DNA of 59,116 bases, counting the filler, from Squatina squatina (Eukaryota), in NCBI GenBank assembly GCA_031763465.1. It is 4 parts of 4 records of this genome, joined end to end, with 100 filler letters (N's around TTAATTAATTAA, not from the genome) between each part and the next. Parts side by side here need not be neighbours in the genome. Positions count along the whole stretch, not along the records: positions 43,395 to 59,116 come from JARFOE010000194.1; 3 more parts are not named here. One strand, written 5' to 3'. The notes below the pieces were generated by a model that was given only the letters and a program-made list of their open reading frames with translations, searched no databases and was not told the origin of the DNA. Made by a program: the position numbers and the translations under genes. Positions 48,511 to 59,116 of this stretch are shown here, in pieces (position 1 is the first letter of the stretch; every line of letters begins with the position of its first letter).

Positions 48511-49657
48511 GTGAGAACTGGAGGTTGCTTGAAAAAAAATAAACTTGTGGCTTCCAAAGGCACTGTCATTTCTCCTGCTCTGTTTATCTTCATGTAATTG
48601 ATCTCCTTCTCTCATCAGTCCGTCCTTACCAATTCTTGCTGAAGATTCCACTCTGTACCTATCAACTTCTTTCAGATGTAAGTGCACATATTCTCTATTT
48701 CTCCAAAAAAGTGATGGCTTAATCATTACCCGTTGACCTCCTTCACATCCTTCAAAGGAACAATAAAATGTTCAAAGCAGCTGCTGTTAGTTTCAGATGT
48801 CCATTATGTTATCAAAATGGCCACGTTTATTTCATTTACAAATACTTGGCACTGTTTAGATGGAAGGTAAATACTTCAAATTATCCTTTTCAGAGTACTA
48901 CATTATTCTTATTTTCAATGATAACCTGTCAAAATGATGGCTCCTTTTACAGGAAGTATAAAATTATCTTAGTTGCCATTTTCTGAGGGAGAATCCAAAA
49001 TTAAATGATGTACAGAGAAAAATAAAAATGATGCAGATGTTTGAAATTCTATGCAGGAAACTGAGGTTCAAATAATACCCGGGAGAAGAATGTTTGAAGC
49101 ATAGAATCGTAGAAACTTACGGCACAGAAGGAAGCTACTTTGCCCATCATGTCTGTGCCAGCCAAAAAAGAGCAATCCAGCCTAATCTCACTTTCCCACC
49201 TTAAGTATAACTTATAGCAGCTGCGTTTCTTTTCATCTAAACTCCCGCCCATTGAAAAGTGGAAAAAACAATATTTGGGTTATAAGGCTCAATGGCAATA
49301 TGCAATTTGCGTTAATATCCAAATTTCCCTATCCAGCTCCTAATGTACACCAATGCAGAATGCCAGACTCTCCTCAGATTTATATCTAATTGGCTGTAAT
49401 TGAGCAGGAATTGTTCAGAAATACAACAGGAATGGTGATAAATGACCTTAAGTAGAAATGTCACAATTGTACATAGGAGGTGTCTGTTTGAGCCTTGGTA
49501 TTGAAATATATTGACATGCTAAAAGTGAACAGGGGCTGCATTTGATCATTAGTACAACCAACTCAGGAGTATTCTGCCAAGCTTCGGTATAACGTAGCTA
49601 AAAAGCTTCGTGTAGGCCTGTAATTCATTGCCTTGATCAGTACATGTGCATGCCCAT

Positions 49658-49924
49658 AAAAGAAAGAAAGACTAGCATTTATGTGGCGCTTTTCATGACC
49701 ACTGGATGTCTCACAGGGCTTTACAGACAATGAAGCATTTTTGATTTGTATTGTTGCAATGTGGGAAACGTGGCAGCCTATTTGTGCACAGCAAGCTCCC
49801 ACAATCAGCAATGTGATAATAACCAGATAATCTGTTTTTGTTATGTTGATTGAAGGATAAATATTGGCCAGGAGATTGGGGATAACTCTCCTACTCTTCT
49901 TCGAAATAGTGCCATGGGATCTTT
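49658..49924 (-). mobile_element. SacSINE1-like SINE, 3' half
   Basis: Reverse complement of the Deu domain and tail seen at 4392-4575 and 28540-28805. Confidence 0.8.
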
Positions 49925-50613
49925 NNNNNNNNNNNNNNNNNNNNNNNNNNNNNNNNNNNNNNNNNNNNNNNNNNNNNNNNNNNNNNNNNNNNNNNNNNNN
50001 NNNNNNNNNNNNNNNNNNNNNNNNTGAAATAAAACTGTTCAGAAATTAATTGAAGTCGAAGTCCTCTCTCTAAAACAGCACGGCCCTTTCAGCCCAACAA
50101 CACACAGACTGAATACATAGGATGCACTTCATGAAAAGCCCAACTTTTTCCAGTAGGGTCATGGAAGTGAAAACCCTGGAATTATTTAAGAAACAGTTGG
50201 ATGCCGAGAAGGAATAATGTTTTGGGGTCTTTTGGGGTAGATAAGTCAAGAAGGGATCAAATGGCCTTCCTCATCATTTACCCTGTGAAGGTTCCGAAGA
50301 CGACTGGTGTGGGTAACAGCAATGCCTTAGTGCACTCGAGACGTCCTTCTAATGTAGGAGATTAGGTCAGTCAAGACTTAATCTGTGTTACATCTGATCT
50401 GGCAATGATTGCTGACACTAGTTGCAAAAAGTGGAAGAAATGGCCATTTGCTTGTGCTCATATCCCTCACCTTAATTACCATGGATTTCACCCCAAGTGT
50501 TGTACCTGCTCCCCCCCCCATAAGAAACTTAGATTAAATGTATTTCAAATTACATATTTCATGTCTTTCCCCTAATTTTTACATGTAAGTAATTTATTAA
50601 TGTATTATTTTAG

Positions 50614-50680
50614 TGTGCTGGAAAACAAGAACTCGGGACCCTACCTGTTTTTTCAGCGACAGTTTTGGTCAGCACTTAAG
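50614..50680 (+). CDS. PAXBP1: PAXBP1/GCFC2-family exon, 67 nt
   Basis: TATTTTAG | xVLENKNSGPYLFFQRQFWSALK | GTGAGA. Confidence 0.9.
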
Positions 50681-51565
50681 GTGAGAGCTTAAAAGTGGAC
50701 TGTTTTAAAATTACTTTTCTTGCATTTGACTGTGCCTGGTTGCCCTTTTATGTATTACTTTGGGGGCTGTTCTCCAGTTTGGGAAGAAGAGCATGGACTC
50801 CCCTTTAGGTTCTAAAGTGTCCAGCAGGAGTTGCATTAATCTGAATCTACACGTAGAATACTGCAGATCTGAGGGATGTCAGTGAGGATTTATTTTACCA
50901 GTTAGAATGTTTGAGATTTATATTTAAACTTTATTTTGGTTGGAAAAAAGTGTGAGAAATCAAAGTGTTGCATATTAAAAAGGAGTAAGTGTGTTAATTA
51001 TTTGATTCAAGTAAAGGCCAACAGTCCAGCCTGCACAATTTAGTGCATTAACCCTATGGATGTTGTGATTCTGCAACAAGTTTGTGTCTGCAAAGTTTTC
51101 AGCCAACTTGTAACTGGATTTTTCTCCAATAACTTGCAATTCCGCAATTTTTATTAAATCAGTTTTGGAAGTGTTTCATTCATAGACGATCACAGATAAA
51201 TTTATTTTACATCAAAGGGCTATTTTACAATGAATTGAGCAAAAGACCATTAATATGATCCGAGTTTATTTTGCTGTACGTAGATTTGTGTTAGTGAAGG
51301 GGTTTAGTTAGTTGTTTATTCATTGTTATTTTTAATTGTGATCAGTTTGGATTCCATTTGGACAGCAGAATTTGGATATTTAGAAAAATGTGTCCATGTA
51401 ATGGCAACATGTTCCACCAGCTGCAGAAAATTGTGCTGTCTTGTCTAATATGTTTAAATAGAAAATGCTGGCCAACAATAGATGCAGGTAACCAAATAGA
51501 ATCCTGACTACTTATAAATTCAGCTGAAAGCTACTGTTTGCTTAAATCCTATACTACTTTTTCAG

Positions 51566-51713
51566 TTATTGGATAACATCTTGNNNNTGGACTGGCATAA
51601 TCTCAAATCGAGTGTTGCAGGAACTAACTGTGGATAGTCTGTTAAATCGCTACATCCTTCTCGCTCTGCAGAACTCAGATCCAGGGGATGACAGCCTGAA
51701 GAAATGTCAGAGT
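51566..51713 (+). CDS. PAXBP1: PAXBP1/GCFC2-family exon containing a 4-N gap
   Basis: TTTTTCAG | LLDNILxWTGIISNRVLQELTVDSLLNRYILLALQNSDPGDDSLKKCQS | GTAAGT. The frame is restored if the 4 Ns stand for one codon. Confidence 0.88.
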
Positions 51714-53812
51714 GTAAGTAAGCTGAGGAACAGGGTGAAAAGTTTCAAGAATCCCAGGCCATTAAGACCCAGACACTAAAATGTTGGAACCCAACAGTAA
51801 ATGTTGACAGCATAATTAACAAGCTGTGCACGTTGATTGTGTTCAATTGGTCCCAGGTAATGTGCTGCTGCAAATTGCTTAAGCACAAATGCTATTGCAA
51901 TATGTGTTTCTGATGGCCTGCTATGTGTCTCTATTACAGTGCAATTCTTGCTCCTTTGATTCACTGCACGTTTTACTCGGCTATTACACTGAAATGAGAG
52001 TTGGGATCTCACACAGTACATTGTTGACTTCAGAGTATTAGGCTATCTGTTCACTGGCAGATGTTTGACTTCTGCAAAGAAAGCTAAACTGAAAGAGTTT
52101 GTTGCAGCAGAAATGAGTGCGTTCTCTCATTACCTCAAAGTGCAGGGATCCAACTGAGAGAGTGATAGAAGCACTGGAAAAAGAAGATAGGCTTTCAGTC
52201 AGTGAAGATGGGAAAATTAATTTTAATATATTTTTATTTTAACTATTTCTGATACAGGTTAACCAGAAACATTCTGCGAACATAGCAACCAAAAAGCTTC
52301 TTGGATTATTCAGCCCAAAACAGATATTGATGTACACAGCGATAGAGCTAATATCAGTGATATACACGATGGGGGCTATGCTCCACTGATAGTTCAGTTG
52401 GTCATCGCATTGAAACAGAGGCACACAGATTAGAGAGGTGCCTGGTTTGACCCATGGCCTGTGCGGACTGAACTGAACTCAGCTATAGTGGTGGGGAAAG
52501 GGCTGTTATAATTTGCCTGAACACTATTGAAATGAAGAGAGGTGGGTGGGGCCTGGGTTTTCATTCCTGATTTCTGTTCAGTAGCTCCTGCTAGTACATG
52601 CATATATTTAGGCAATTGAATAGCACAACATTGGGCTCTGCTGGGCTGACCCCCATGCACTGTTCGATAGTGTATTGGCTGGAGTTTCCCCCACAGTCGG
52701 TCTGATTTAGGGAGTGGTAATTGGATCACTGGCCTCCATTGCTCCATTCCAAACTGTCCCTCATAAGTGTGAAGCATTTCTGCAGCGTTATCTGTGAATC
52801 TGGGAGTTCTGGCCCATCCTGCAGACCTCACGGATCTGACGGACGTTCTTGAGTGAAACAAATTTCATATTCTGCTTCCAAAGTGATTCTTGCTGGCATG
52901 ACTGCAGACCTTTCAAATCTCACAGCAGTACATTGGTTCGAGATTCTGCTCCCCCTCCACCCCCAACAATGCTTTCCAATATGTGTGGCTCCATTCATTG
53001 GGAAGGGTGCTTTCCTGCTCAGCACAAAAATGTGGAAGTTGAAAACACTACAAATGCTGCACCTCTCTGATGATGAACAGGGAGCCTGGGGCCCAGACTA
53101 GAGCAGAGGGACTTTATTTTAACAAGGCATGGGTAACTCTGCAGGTAACTGTGAACATGTGCAGCCACACACTCACCCACTGAACTCATCACGACGGACT
53201 GAGTGGATTAGCTGGGCTGAGGTTAGCAAAGAGCAGCTGTCACAGCAAGGCCGGTGGTCATCGAGCTCACCACCTGTGACCCGTGGCAGACCGAGCAAGT
53301 GAAAGGGCCCGATTAAAACCATAGACCCACATCCCACCACTCCGAGGGGAAGCATGTCCCTCAGCAAGGCACTGATTGAGATTATAGCCTTCAAATAGAA
53401 AGTTAGTGAGTATCACTGGCCAAGACGAACTTCAAAGTGTGTACTATTCGAACAGGAATGCCTCTGTAGTCATGTAGAGACTGATCCCCGGGGAGCCATG
53501 AAAGAATGTATTTTTATTGAATCATATAATTAAATAAAGCATGGCAAGTCAATCATAGGCTAGGGGTGCTTATAAATCCAAGCACCATTCCAAGCTAACA
53601 AAAAGACTGCCTCCATCAGTTCCTCTCTGCTGTTTCTTTGTTCAATGCTGTCTGGAGATGTTGTGTTTGAGTCGAAGGTCTATCGGTTGGCAAATCTGTT
53701 TCACTTTCATTGNNNNNNNNNNNNNNNNNNNNNNNNNNNNNNNNNNNNNNNNNNNNNNNNNNNNNNNNNNNNNNNNNNNNNNNNNNNNNNNNNNNNNNNN
53801 NNNNNNNNNNNN

Positions 53813-54500
53813 TTTTGAAAAGTGCAGATGAGCAGAGAGACCTTGGTGTCCATATACTTGGATTTATAAATAGAGGAAAAGAGTATAAAAGCAAAAGAAA
53901 TCATGCTAGAACTTTATAAATCACTGGTTAGGCCTTAGGTGGAGTATTGTGAACAATTCTGAGTATTGTGAACATTTCAGGAAAGATGAAAGGCTTTAGA
54001 AAGCGTACAGAGAAGTTTTACCAGGATGCTACCAGGGATGAGGGCCTTCAGTTATGAAGAGAGGTTGGAAAAGTTCTCCTCGGAGCAGGGAAGGTTCTCC
54101 TTGGAGCAGGGAAGTTTAAGAGGTAATCTAATGGAAGTTTTCAAGATGCTGAGGGGCTTTGATGGAGTAGATAGAGAAAAATTATTCTCTCTGGCAAGTG
54201 GGTCAATAACAAGAGGTCATAGATTCAAAACCATTGGCAAAAGATCTGGAGGAGAGATGAGGAGAATTTTTTTCACTCGGTGGTTTGGATTTGGAACGCT
54301 CTACTTGGAAAAAGTGGTGGAAGCGGATTCCATAAATAATTTTATATGGGAGTTGGACAGGTACTTGTGGATGAGGAATTTACATAGTTACAGACAAAAG
54401 TGGAGATGGGGATCTAAGAACGGGGCCTCTTTCAAACAGCCAATACAGGCATGACAGTTCGAATGGCCTCCTTCGGTATTGTAAGTTACTATTATTCTAT
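53813..54500 (+). mobile_element. CR1 LINE 3' region
   Basis: EQRDLGVHI and MLPGMRAFSYEERLEK...LRGNLMEVFKMLRGFDGVDREKLFSLASGSITRGHRFK, followed by a CR1 3' terminal motif. Confidence 0.88.
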
Positions 54501-54863
54501 GGAGCGCCAACCCTCCAACTTCTGGTTTTACCTGAGGCAGGCCAAGGGGGGAGCAGTGAAGGGTTTAAGACACATGTTTTGTAAAGTTTGAGAAACTGTT
54601 TGTATGAAAGAAAGTATTGTGACCGTCCAAGGGCACAGTTGTTACAATACAGGGGGACAAACTGCTGAGTGCAGAGAAAGCACCCTCCAGTGGAGCAAGT
54701 GCCACTGTCAGGGGTTCTCGGTGTCTGTGCCGAACAGCATGTGTCAGTGATACGGAAGTGTCTNNNNNNNNNNNNNNNNNNNNNNNNNNNNNNNNNNNNN
54801 NNNNNNNNNNNNNNNNNNNNNNNNNNNNNNNNNNNNNNNNNNNNNNNNNNNNNNNNNNNNNNN

Positions 54864-55139
54864 TCTATAATTAAGAATACAGAATACCTTGAAAATTTTC
54901 AGCTGATCAGAACAAGCCAGCATGAATTTGTGAAAGGTAGATCATGCCTGACAAAACTGATTGAAACTTTTGAAGAGGTGACTAAATAGTGTATAGGGAA
55001 ATGGATCTTATTTATATGGACTTCCAGAAGGCATTTGGTAAAGTCCCTCATACGAGACTGTTAATTAAAGTTGAAGCCCATAGAATTGAAAGCCAATTAT
55101 TTATCTATTTAGGAAATTGGCTGAGAAGCAAGAGACAGA
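54864..55139 (+). mobile_element. CR1 RT remnant interrupted by a Harbinger-type element
   Basis: SQHEFVKGRSCLTKLIETFEEVT and DLIYMDFQKAFGKVPHTRL...IYLGNWLRSKRQR, which stops abruptly at GGGGCCAAAATT. Confidence 0.85.
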
Positions 55140-55886
55140 GGGGCCAAAATTCCACACCAGTTCTCACCCCGTTATCGTCTCCGAGGGGCACTAACGGGGC
55201 GGTTAAGGAGCTTTCGCCTGAGTGCGGCGCTGTCGGCGCCTGCCATGGAATTGGGCCGGTGGTTTGTGGAGGCGCTGACACACAGTGCCCCACTACCGCC
55301 GGCAGTGCAGTGCTCGTCGTCGCATGGCAATGACATCATCATCGTGTGCATTGTCCCCCGAGCGCCCTGGAATCAAAATTAGCTGATGAAAGCGATGTTG
55401 CCGGCAGGCGGTGACATTGACAGCTAGAGCTGTCGATTTCCTGTCGGTAGCCGGATGCGGCAGCACTATTTAAAGATGCCATGTTTGAAGTGATTATCTG
55501 TTAGCCTTTATTTAATGTNNNNNNNNNNCAGTCTCCTACCTTTCCCCCTGTGTGAGTCAGGCAACTTTGCTGCTTGTAACTTTTTCAGTGCTTCACGGGG
55601 TCTGTGCTGCCATTGGACCGCACACTCCTACATTACCATTCGGCACCGTGTGGCGGTGCCTTGAACCAAGTCTGCCCCGATATCTCCTGTGTGACATCAG
55701 CCCACAGGGCCCAAAAATGTTGTGGCATCGGCCTTCGTCCCAAGGACAGGAAAAGTTGAGCCCTCCTTTGCTCAACTTCCCCCATCACGGTCTCAAGGGT
55801 CAGGTCACTAAATCTTCTCGAACATTGGGCTCCTGGAGCAGCAGCCATCCAGATCACTGGTCAGCGAAAATGAGCAGAGAGAGCAG
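55140..55886 (-). mobile_element. Harbinger-type element: TIR plus Myb/SANT-like remnant
   Basis: TIR-like GGGGCCAAAATT at 55140 and a GC-rich subterminal region with GGCACTAA. The minus strand reads SRRFSDLTLETVMGEVEQRRAQLF...LWADVTQEI, resembling the first helices of Harbinger Myb/SANT proteins. Confidence 0.6.
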
Positions 55887-56881
55887 NNNNNNNNNNNNNN
55901 NNNNNNNNNNNNNNNNNNNNNNNNNNNNNNNNNNNNNNNNNNNNNNNNNNNNNNNNNNNNNNNNNNNNNNNNNNNNNNNNNNNNNNTGAAATGAAAACAT
56001 TGCAATACACAATGGCCCGGAATTTGAAGTTGTAATGACAGCGAAAATGTCAGTGCTCGTCATCATTACTGTGTAAAGCTGACAGCAGCTTCCAGCATTC
56101 AAGCATGCACAGTTAAATTCGAAAATCCAGAAGTTGCTCTGTGATACCCTGCTCCTCCACAGGGTGCGCTGTTGCAGTCTTCACAGATGCAAAGGCACAG
56201 AATCAGTGAATTGATGTGAACTTCAACTTTTTACGTACTATTCTCGCTGTTCGAAACCATTGAAAATGTTAAACCTTGTTGTATGAGGTGTAACTGAGTT
56301 TTTAACAGCGTAATAAGTCATAATTACTGCTGAACAACCTCTCTGGCCCTGAAAAACGAATTTCACAAGTGTGAAGTCTCATTGCCTCAGAAGAACATTT
56401 AAAAAAAAACATGATTTTTAAAATAATAAATTTTTATTTTATTTTTTAAAGTTTGTTTGATATTTCCCATTCTGCTTTAATTCCATGTGCATGTCCCAAT
56501 CTTTATTCGCTTTCTGTACAATGATTACAATGTGTATTATAATGCCTATTTTTTATTTCCTGCTTTGCTGCCTGTGAGAATNNNNNNNNNNNNNNNNNNN
56601 NNNNNNNNNNNNNNNNNNNNNNNNNNNNNNNNNNNNNNNNNNNNNNNNNNNNNNNNNNNNNNNNNNNNNNNNNNNNNNNNNATATGATGACATTGGGAAT
56701 ATTTATTTTGATCAGGTAAATTGGGATAATTAAATGCTATTATTTGAAAACGTTTGATCATAATTTTATTAATTCTTTGTTAATTCATATTTAACTTTGC
56801 TGATTTGTAAAATTAATGGTTTCATAAATATTTAATGGCACTGTAAGAAGTAGTTGGTATGTTTCTTGTTTTGTCTTGTAG

Positions 56882-56995
<114 letters not shown>

Positions 56996-57171
56996 TGATT
57001 TACAAAACTAGTGCACTTACTGAGGAGAACTATGATTTTTAATAATTACAGTGCAATTTCCAGCAGGAACCCTCACGAGCCAGAGGTTCCCAAAGCTAAT
57101 TGTAGTGCCACAAAATCTGCGTAAGAGTAAACTAGAGGCTCAGTGAACCTATTTTTCTCAAAAGAAAAGCG

Positions 57172-57410
57172 AGGCAACTTGTCCATTGTCCGCCACCCTG
57201 TTCAAGGTCTTCTTCAGTGATGTGTTGGAGAGCATCGTAAGGGCCAGATTCAGGTGTTCTGCTCCAGGAATCTTGAAAGAATAACAGTCCTCCTTTTCAC
57301 AGATGATATGTATTGCTGGTGTGTAGCTGGGGATTGAGTGCACTTGACTCACTATCAGAAGCAATGGGCTAGCCAGTGGAATATGGTGGTAGATTCCTCA
57401 AATACTGAGT
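57172..57410 (+). mobile_element. Old non-LTR reverse transcriptase remnant, not CR1-like
   Basis: Across frameshifts: RQxCPLSATLFKVFFSDVL, ITVLLFTDDM and QWASQWNMVVDSSNTE, matching consecutive RT core motifs in the expected order. Confidence 0.55.
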
Positions 57411-59116
57411 CCTGTCAGTTTGCACAGCTCAGGAGAGGATCTCAAAAGGTACTGAGTGGAAGGTACAAGGGGCATTGTTTAGAGCAATGGTGGATACCAA
57501 CTTTAGCAATCCTTTAGGACCACTATGAAAAGGGCAAAGAGTGTTTTGGTCTTGTCTTTCTTCAATGACAGCAATTTCACATTGAACCTTACAATGTTGT
57601 GGTTGCTACTTATGAAATGCTCTCCTACTGGTGCTCAATTCAGTTATTTGTCACACTTCATTTCCCAAAACTAAATCAAGCAATGGTTCTTTCCTGGTTG
57701 GGCCGTAAATAAGCAGATGTTGAGGAATTTTCCAATCAAATAAGGATAAGCGTATTCCTTTACTCTAAATAAATATACATTATAAAACCATGCAGAATGC
57801 TTAAGGGCTTTTAAAGAAATCCTACATTATCAATTTTAAGAGAATGTTAACTTAGCAAATCTCAGGGAGAAAGGGGGCCAATTCCCTCCACCTTCATTTA
57901 CAAGAAGCTGAGGGCTGGAACTGACAGTCGGAACAATAGCAGGGGAAATTGTGACAGACATTCTTTGGGGCGGGGAGGCCTCCCTGCCCCATGTTCCTTT
58001 ACATACTTCCTGAAGGCAGGCAAGTTTCGCCTGTAAAATCTCGGCCAGAGTGTTACAGCGAAGGTTTACTATATCAATTAAATCATACGTTGAATGAAGC
58101 TACTGAAATATAGAAGACTCACAAATTAGATTGTGAAAACAGAAATTAAAATTTATTTTTATATGTCAGTTATATTTTTCTTCATAGCTTCTTTGTAATA
58201 ACCCTGCTTTCAAAAGTAACATTCTGAGTGACATCCATCTTCACTCCCTCCTAAATTGTGTGATATTACATTAGTAAATTTGGTAGTAATATCACAGAGC
58301 GTAAAATTAATTTATTAGTCCCATGATTCTCTGGATTTTTCATTCTACTGCTAATCATTACTGTCTTGACAGAATTCTACTGCTTCACCCTAATACTTTG
58401 AGCTCTATACTACATCAGTAGGATACATTATACAAATCAGTAAACCCTTTACAGTTGATCACCAAAAATGTATTAAAATAAAATGCATTACACTCTATCA
58501 TTTTGGATACTATTGTCCACATTGTTTTCATGAAAATTAAGTATGGATATTGAATCATAAATGAGCAATAGGAGATTAAAACTTGATAGTACTGTAAAGG
58601 TAACTCCTCCAGCACAAAAATTGTAAAAGGAAATCATACACGGTTTATCGGTTTCTTTCCCTGCACAAAGTTTTGCATATACTTCATTATTGCATTGCAT
58701 CAAAACACGTTCGGGCCACAGTAACACAGTTTGGCCATAAACAAAAGTCAGTGCCATGTTGGCGCAAAGGATTCCTAATCTGATCTTTAGTTCGGACACT
58801 TCCGAAGGAATCAAAAATGTAGCAGTCTTGAATATGGAAATAATGTGAGCTATTAAGTAAAAGCACATTGTTGAAAAGATTCCCTTTTCTTCAGAATACC
58901 ACAGCATACACAACAAAATAAAAGAAAATGTTTGTTTTATTCCATATAGGGATTTTGGCGTGATAATCATCAGTCCCTGTTGCATAATCCAACGTCTGGT
59001 GTGATGATGGTCCATCCAGTACAATAAAGAAGCCAAACATATGCATAGAGTTGAGGTTACTATAAAGTGAAAGTCAGACAGCCAAGTTGGAGTGGGCTTA
59101 AAATTATACTGGCCAG

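Noticed and set aside
51584-51587. Apparent +1 frameshift in a PAXBP1-like exon
   Set aside because: Four Ns stand where one codon is expected, so this is a gap-size artefact.
58488-59036. 182-aa minus-strand ORF
   Set aside because: It has no recognisable domain or convincing exon boundaries, and its composition fits AT-rich non-coding DNA. It was not tested by database search.

Overview
This is vertebrate genomic DNA, most likely from a shark (inferred from SacSINE1/Deu-domain-type SINEs, CR1 LINEs and Penelope-type repeats). It is not a prokaryotic locus. The window is four unrelated, gap-rich scaffolds joined by artificial N44-TTAATTAATTAA-N44 spacers at 17045-17144, 30240-30339 and 43295-43394. 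Scaffold 1 holds a beta-connexin (GJB4/GJB5-like) coding exon and the last coding exon and 3'UTR of CSMD2, both on the minus strand, plus a 20-bp minisatellite. Scaffold 2 holds BCR exons 2, 3, 4 and 7 (minus strand), a 2.5-kb GAGT-rich satellite contig, CR1 remnants and a Harbinger-type MITE inserted in a SINE. Scaffold 3 holds the 3' exons of an RBM5/RBM10-like gene, followed about 3 kb later by 5' exons of an RBM5-like gene on the same strand. Scaffold 4 holds five PAXBP1/GCFC2-family exons and one divergent SNX9-like exon. Most ORFs in the supplied track are artefacts of N-gaps or repeats; the real exons were read by hand from splice sites. I see no convincing novel multi-gene system. The best leads are the tandem RBM5-family arrangement, the SNX9-like paralog exon beside PAXBP1/GCFC2, decayed hammerhead-ribozyme motifs in Penelope-type repeats, and a Harbinger MITE/Myb-SANT family. 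All protein comparisons are from recalled sequences, not database searches.
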